Positions 59,002 to 64,000 of a DNA stretch of 64,000 nucleotides are shown piece by piece; the stretch's first letter is position 1, and every line of letters begins with the position of its first letter. The stretch is from Candidatus Moraniibacteriota bacterium (GTDB lineage: Bacteria > Patescibacteriota > Minisyncoccia > Moranbacterales > UBA1568). The stretch spans positions 624-64,623 of the forward strand of contig JAAXTX010000004.1 in NCBI GenBank assembly GCA_013336285.1. The letters run 5' to 3'. The notes beneath the pieces are model-generated. The model did not search any database, was not told the DNA's origin, and saw only the letters and a program-made list of their open reading frames with translations. The position numbers and the translations under genes were made by a program.

Positions 59002-59940
59002 CTAGTCCTGAAGAATTCGACGAGTCGTACGAATCAGAAGGGTGACGATGACGATCGTGAGGATAGCGAAGATTACGAGGGACAGCGAACGGAGGTAGTC
59101 CTCGCCGGTAATGGTGAAAATGACCGACGATGCGATTGACAGGGCGCAGATCGGAAAGGAGAACGCCCACCATGAAAGCGAGAAACGTATCTTCGTGAAC
59201 ATCGGAAAATTTGCGAGAAACAGCAATGCGAGAAAAAGTGCGAAGAAATAGAGAATGTACGCGAATTCGTTCACGTCACCGGCCATTAAAATATAGGAAA
59301 TGGCTCCGACCGCAGGTGGGGCGATAATAATGAAAAAAGTGGGAATGAGTCGCGCCGACAATGTCTTGTGGAAGATGGCGCGGTCCAAAAACAACGCAAG
59401 AAGCATGATCCAGAAGATAATACCGATACTGAAGAAAAACCAAAGATACGAACCGGGAAGAATCCGCATTCCTGCTATCGGTACGATCAGATTTCCAACA
59501 ATCGGAATGAACCAGGACGGGTTAAGGTGATCGGGATGAAATTTATCGTGCCGGATCCAAATGGAAACTATAACGAATGAAAGGATGAGGTGCAACAGTG
59601 TTCCAATGGTCCACAAAACGGTCGCCGTGTCGGGGGAAATATCAAGAAAGGCTATTGAAAGCAGGAGAAGGCCGATCGAGAACGTTGGAAAGAAGTGAAG
59701 ACGGACCGGGTCGTCGAATTCATCGCGTACCAGGTTCGGAAAACGATACCACTTGGCTGCGTACAGGATCGAGAGGACGGAAAAGACGGTCAGCGCGAAA
59801 AGACTGATGATCCAACCGTAGAGCGAATAACCGGTAGTTTGCTCGATTTTTTCCACCGCAAGCGCATAGCCCGCCAGACCCATGACGACTGAAAAAAATG
59901 ATACCGGAAAATCTGATAGTTTTTCGAAAAGCAACTTCAT
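59002..59940 (-). CDS. SLAC1/TehA (TDT family) anion channel
   Basis: FFSVVMGL, PVRLHFFPT, NPSWFIPIVG, IAPPA, WWAFSFP. Confidence 0.92.
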   Translation of the reverse strand: MKLLFEKLSDFPVSFFSVVMGLAGYALAVEKIEQTTGYSLYGWIISLFALTVFSVLSILYAAKWYRFPNLVRDEFDDPVRLHFFPTFSIGLLLLSIAFLDISPDTATVLWTIGTLLHLILSFVIVSIWIRHDKFHPDHLNPSWFIPIVGNLIVPIAGMRILPGSYLWFFFSIGIIFWIMLLALFLDRAIFHKTLSARLIPTFFIIIAPPAVGAISYILMAGDVNEFAYILYFFALFLALLFLANFPMFTKIRFSLSWWAFSFPICALSIASSVIFTITGEDYLRSLSLVIFAILTIVIVTLLIRTTRRILQD

Positions 59941-60078
59941 ATTTTTCTGAGTTATTCCTGCTACGACGGATTTATCCTGATATGAATATTATACCTGTTC
60001 AAGGAATGCTCAAAGCGTAATGACATACGATGAATCCGTTAAAGGAACGGATATTCGTGGCCTGACCATACGATACGA

Positions 60079-60107
60079 AAAAAGACCCGCGGAAGCGGGT
60101 CTTTTTC
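60079..60107 (-). terminator. intrinsic terminator of the RRM gene
   Basis: AAAAGACCCGC-GGAA-GCGGGTCTTTTT. Confidence 0.8.
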
Positions 60108-60118
60108 GTTGGCTACTA

Positions 60119-60400
60119 TTAGTAGCGCGGTCGATCGTCACGGCGCGGGCGATCCTCGAGCGGGCGAGCCTCGTTGACAACGAGTTCGCGTCCGTCAAGT
60201 TCCTTCCCGTTCCACATGTCGATGGCCTTGTCTGAATCGGCATCCTCCATTTCGACGAAACCGAAACCGCGTGAGCGGCCGGTCATCTTATCCATGATGA
60301 CCGCGACGGACACCACGGATCCCGCCTGTGAAAAGGCGGAGCGGAGGCTTTCCTCGGTCGTGCCGTAGGAAAGGTTACCGATGTAGAGCTTCTTTGCCAT
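60119..60400 (-). CDS. RRM-domain RNA-binding protein
   Basis: RNP2 LYIGNL, RNP1 RGFGFVEM, VNEARP. Confidence 0.96.
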   Translation of the reverse strand: MAKKLYIGNLSYGTTEESLRSAFSQAGSVVSVAVIMDKMTGRSRGFGFVEMEDADSDKAIDMWNGKELDGRELVVNEARPLEDRPRRDDRPRY

Positions 60401-60529
60401 AGTTGCAGAAGAATCCTTGTATTAACGCGTAAGACGACCTTCTTCTGGCGCGCCTCCGGCTTGGACCCTTCCGCGCCCCCTTCCGGCGGACCGGTCAGGG
60501 AAATACCAAAAAGAAAACTTACTGACGCC

Positions 60530-60558
60530 ATTGTAGCGTAAAGACGGGAAAAAAGCAA
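60530..60558 (-). promoter_or_regulatory. sigma70 promoter of the RRM gene
   Basis: Minus strand TTGCTT-17 bp-TACAAT. Confidence 0.55.
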
Positions 60559-60957
60559 GTCCCTGTGGGCGTTGTGTCGCCGTTTCTGAGACTCTCGGAA
60601 AAGTAAGACGCCTACGGGTCAATTGCTATTTATAAAAAAACCTTATATAAGCCTATAATGTCAAACACATTGTTACTTAATATCTTGATAACATGTGACT
60701 AAGCGATAAATTATGCTTACTGGCAACGGGATTTCCGGAAGAATCATACGGGGCTATTTTTTTGACTCATGCTATATCTGTTTCGGGTAATTCGAATCGG
60801 TCAATTCGGATACATTCAGTCACTTTTCTGTCGAATCGGGAATTTTGGTCGTTTCCAGACTAATTTATTGCATGGCACCAAACGACAAAGTAGGAAATCG
60901 ACTTTCATCGGGCATATCGTGATATACTGTAACCGTTAACTGATGAAGCGCATGGCT

Positions 60958-61326
60958 ATGAATCATTTTCTTGGAAATATCGAGAAGAAAACTCTTGAGA
61001 ACGCGAATTATCGTGAGGTATTGTATACGGGACCGATGATGCAGCTGGTCGTCATGTCCGTTCCGGTCAGCGAGGAGATCGGGGAGGAGATTCATGCGGA
61101 TCATGATCAGTTCATCCGTTGTGTCGCCGGCCAAGGGAAAGCGCTTCTCGATGGTACCTTGTATGACATCACGAACGGGGATGCGATCGTCGTGCCGGCC
61201 GGTACGCGTCATAATGTAATAAACGCGTCGACGACGGATGCGTTGAAATTTTACACGATTTACGCTCCGCCTGAACATAAGCCGGATACGATTCATCCGA
61301 GAAAGAGCGACGTGACGGGCGGATGA
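60958..61326 (+). CDS. cupin-domain protein
   Basis: QLVVMS, EIGEEIH..HDQF, VPAG.RHNV.N, YAPPEH. Confidence 0.92.
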   Translation: MNHFLGNIEKKTLENANYREVLYTGPMMQLVVMSVPVSEEIGEEIHADHDQFIRCVAGQGKALLDGTLYDITNGDAIVVPAGTRHNVINASTTDALKFYTIYAPPEHKPDTIHPRKSDVTGG

Positions 61327-61506
61327 CATCAGGATGCGTATACAGGCTCACCGGGAGCCTGTTTTTTGTTTCGATCCTGTGATAGTATAGACGTAGAAAA
61401 TTTCAACGTGAGTGGGTGTGAAACGGCACGATACCCCCAGTCGACGCGCGTGCGGATATCGTATGCGAAACGGGTGTCGTGGGAAGATATTCAAGGATAT
61501 CTATTT

Positions 61507-62103
61507 ATGGCGAAACGAACAGCCGATGGTAATCGTAAGGATGTCGCGGGTGCGGTTTCTCCCGAAGGGGGCAGGAAGCATCCGGTCAGCAGTTCCTCAA
61601 GGGACGATCTTTTCGGAAAAGGAATAATGTCGTTCGTAGCGCTATTGATTCTAGCCGGAACGGCATTCTTCATATTGCTCGGATATAGAATCATGCAGAA
61701 TCGGGATGATTCCCGTGAGTCGATCGCGACGCTTGTTCCCGTACGGGAACAGCCCGCGGTGGAATCCGCGCCGAACGAACCCGCCGCCGAGGAGCCGATA
61801 CCTTCCAAGGAGCCTGATAAATCCGCTGTCCAGGTGATCGTCATGAACGGCGGTTCGGTAGCCGGTTCGGCCGCCAAAGCGACAAACATTTTAAAAAATG
61901 CCGGTTATTCGAAGGCGGAAACGGGAAATGCGGACGGAAATTATACGGGTGTGACCGTATTTTACGCGACGGATGCGCAGCAATCGGCGCAACTCGTACG
62001 CGATGCTCTTTTGGCTACGTACAAGAATGCGATCATCAGCCCGGAAGACACCAAGAAACCTGAGACCGGAAAGGCACCGATAGTCGTGATTCTCGGGAAG
62101 TAG
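61507..62103 (+). CDS. membrane protein with a LytR C-terminal domain
   Basis: TM; V.VMNGG...GSA, GNAD, IVVILGK. Confidence 0.88.
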   Translation: MAKRTADGNRKDVAGAVSPEGGRKHPVSSSSRDDLFGKGIMSFVALLILAGTAFFILLGYRIMQNRDDSRESIATLVPVREQPAVESAPNEPAAEEPIPSKEPDKSAVQVIVMNGGSVAGSAAKATNILKNAGYSKAETGNADGNYTGVTVFYATDAQQSAQLVRDALLATYKNAIISPEDTKKPETGKAPIVVILGK

Positions 62104-62108
62104 CCGTT

Positions 62109-63200
62109 ATGCTTCGAAAACGAGGTGAGAAAAATATGTCTCCATGGGGAGCAGCCCTCACTCTATCGATGGGCGGTTTTTTTGTTTTTGCCTTTCCGGC
62201 GAGCACAAATTATCAGTTGAAAGGTTATGAATTCGGCAGTGGCGGAGATGAGAACATGGCATCCTCGAATTATGCTCTCGATGGCATGACCGGAGAGATC
62301 GGAACGGGAAAACTTTCCGGGACGAGTTATAATTTGGGTGCCGGTCTCTCATTCGCTCAGCAGGCAGATGTGCCGGCCGCACCGACCTTCGACAATCCCT
62401 CGGATACCTATGATAAGTTGCGTCTTATCATTCAGACCGGTGGAAATGCCTCAGATGCGCTTTATGCGGTTGCTATCAGCAGTGATAACTGGGCTACGAC
62501 GCAATACGTTAAAAGTGACATGACCGTCGGCGTTACGCTTGTTATAGGTGATTATAGGACCTATACGAGTTGGGGCGGGGTGTCTGGCGGATATGTGATA
62601 GGACTTTCCCCGAACACGACATATAAGGTGAAAGTGAAGGCGATGCATGGTAAATTCACCGAAACCGGATATGGCCCTGAATCATCGACAACGACCTCGA
62701 CACCGAAACTATCCTTTGATATAGATGTTTCCGCGACTGATTCGGAGACGGGCCCGCCGTTTATGGTGAATTTCGGCAGTCTCTTGGCTGGAACTGTGAC
62801 GGACAGCCCTGTAAAAGTATGGGTTGATTTCGCGACAAACGGAAATTCCGGAGGCAAGGTATTCGTCTCCGATGCGAACGGCGGACTTTTGAGTACGAGT
62901 GCGGGTTCCACCATCGCCGCCACGACTGGTAATTTGACGTCATTATCGTCCGGGTATGGCGCACAAGGATCTTCGGCGACACAGGCGAGCGGTGGACCGT
63001 TCACGATCGCGACTCTTTACGATCAGACAGGTAGTACCGTTGGGACTATCGATACGTCAAAGCGAGAAATATTCACGTCGGCCAATCCTATCACTGCGGG
63101 TCGCGCATCGTTTCTTTTGAAGGTGAAGTCTTCTTCTGTGACACCGGCTGCGGGTGATTATACTGATACCCTGACGGTGATAACCGCGGCGAATTTTTGA
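62109..63200 (+). CDS. secreted beta-rich surface protein (FN3-like and WxL-like segments)
   Basis: Signal peptide; GLSPNTTYKVKVKA; C-terminal TPAAGDYTDTLTV..ANF. Confidence 0.8.
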   Translation: MLRKRGEKNMSPWGAALTLSMGGFFVFAFPASTNYQLKGYEFGSGGDENMASSNYALDGMTGEIGTGKLSGTSYNLGAGLSFAQQADVPAAPTFDNPSDTYDKLRLIIQTGGNASDALYAVAISSDNWATTQYVKSDMTVGVTLVIGDYRTYTSWGGVSGGYVIGLSPNTTYKVKVKAMHGKFTETGYGPESSTTTSTPKLSFDIDVSATDSETGPPFMVNFGSLLAGTVTDSPVKVWVDFATNGNSGGKVFVSDANGGLLSTSAGSTIAATTGNLTSLSSGYGAQGSSATQASGGPFTIATLYDQTGSTVGTIDTSKREIFTSANPITAGRASFLLKVKSSSVTPAAGDYTDTLTVITAANF

Positions 63201-63278
63201 GGCCTTGTGGCTTCGAGCTCCGAAATGTGCTAAAATTTATGCGGACAGTTGATGGGTTACAGGGAAAATAAAAATACT

Positions 63279-64000
63279 ATGAAACGCTCTTTCCGTCCGA
63301 TGGCACTTGTCGGTGTTGTCGCGATACTTTCAGCCTTAACGGGACCATTTTTCTTGGTATCCAGGGTGGAGGCCGCCGGTCTTCAGCAGACGTATGTACG
63401 TCTTGATCGTCTGATGGCATCGACGACGACGGGTGGTACCGTGTGTGCAAGGCCGGAAACGGTAGCGACGGAAACCACGGTGAAGGTGTCTTTTCCGACA
63501 GGTTTTACGGTGAGCGGCACCGCCGGGAACTGGACGGTGACGACTACGAATCTTCCGTCCGGCGCCACTGTCTGGCCGGGCATCGGCACCGCTACGCTCG
63601 TAGCAAGTCAGGATGTGACATTCCCGTCGACGGATCTCACGGTCGGCACGCTGTATTGTTTCAATTTCAGCGGGACCACGACACTGACTACCGGGACGGC
63701 CGGGAATGACAAGACCGGAGTAGTCACGACTCAGGCAGCTGGACCGGCGACGATTGATTCTTCCGGATATGCGCTCTCGATCGTTTCAAACGATCAGATT
63801 GTCGTGTCGGCGACCGTTCCCGCGCTGTTCTCTTTCGCACTCTCCGGGAATACCGATTCGTTCGTCTCGAATCTTTCTACGACGACTACGTCGACTACGG
63901 GTCGGACGGTTACCCTGACGACGAACGCCAATGCCGGCTGGATCGCATGGGTAAAAAGTGCGAACGCGGCGCTGAGCTCCACATCGATATCTAAGACAAT
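63279..64000 (+). CDS. secreted Thr-rich surface protein (truncated by the window end)
   Basis: Read by hand: MKRSFRPMALVGVVAILSAL...VEAAGLQQTYVRLDRL...; no stop seen before 64000. Confidence 0.8.
   Translation, partial: MKRSFRPMALVGVVAILSALTGPFFLVSRVEAAGLQQTYVRLDRLMASTTTGGTVCARPETVATETTVKVSFPTGFTVSGTAGNWTVTTTNLPSGATVWPGIGTATLVASQDVTFPSTDLTVGTLYCFNFSGTTTLTTGTAGNDKTGVVTTQAAGPATIDSSGYALSIVSNDQIVVSATVPALFSFALSGNTDSFVSNLSTTTTSTTGRTVTLTTNANAGWIAWVKSANAALSSTSISKT

Noticed and set aside
60440-60500. SRP RNA (CCGGAAGG motif on the minus strand)
   Set aside because: Lacks the CAGG...AGCA internal loop of helix 8; it lies in the RRM gene leader.

Overview
Bacterial chromosome segment (genetic code 11). 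Gene content and style point to Patescibacteria/CPR, probably Parcubacteria such as Moranbacteria; this is an inference from the TrmB regulator, the stand-alone PEP-utiliser protein, rpsO-NYN-pnp order, Thr/Ser-rich secreted proteins and mostly SD-less housekeeping genes. Most of the window is housekeeping: rbfA, ftsH, tilS, gmk, an S1 protein, gyrA, rpsO, pnp, lspA, malic enzyme, comM, rsmA, pit, lemA/htpX, pyk, msrB/msrA, ddl and six tRNAs. The main points of interest are: (1) an AT-rich island at 1-3414 with a tight operon of four winged-helix proteins, the last carrying a HEPN-like domain, divergent from an AbiTii gene; (2) directly after it, three covarying structured repeats (3514-4015) bounded by tRNA T-arm-like sequences and ending in a tRNA-Gly-like 3' end; (3) a cluster of seven parS-like sites (9165-9691); (4) a TrmB / mini-ADP-ribosyltransferase-like / radical SAM locus sharing a 17-bp operator-like motif; (5) a promoter-to-terminator structured unit of about 510 nt with no long ORF (30611-31162); (6) a duplicated tRNA-Ser whose first copy has hairpin insertions in the T-loop. 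All family calls are by eye from motifs; no searches were run.
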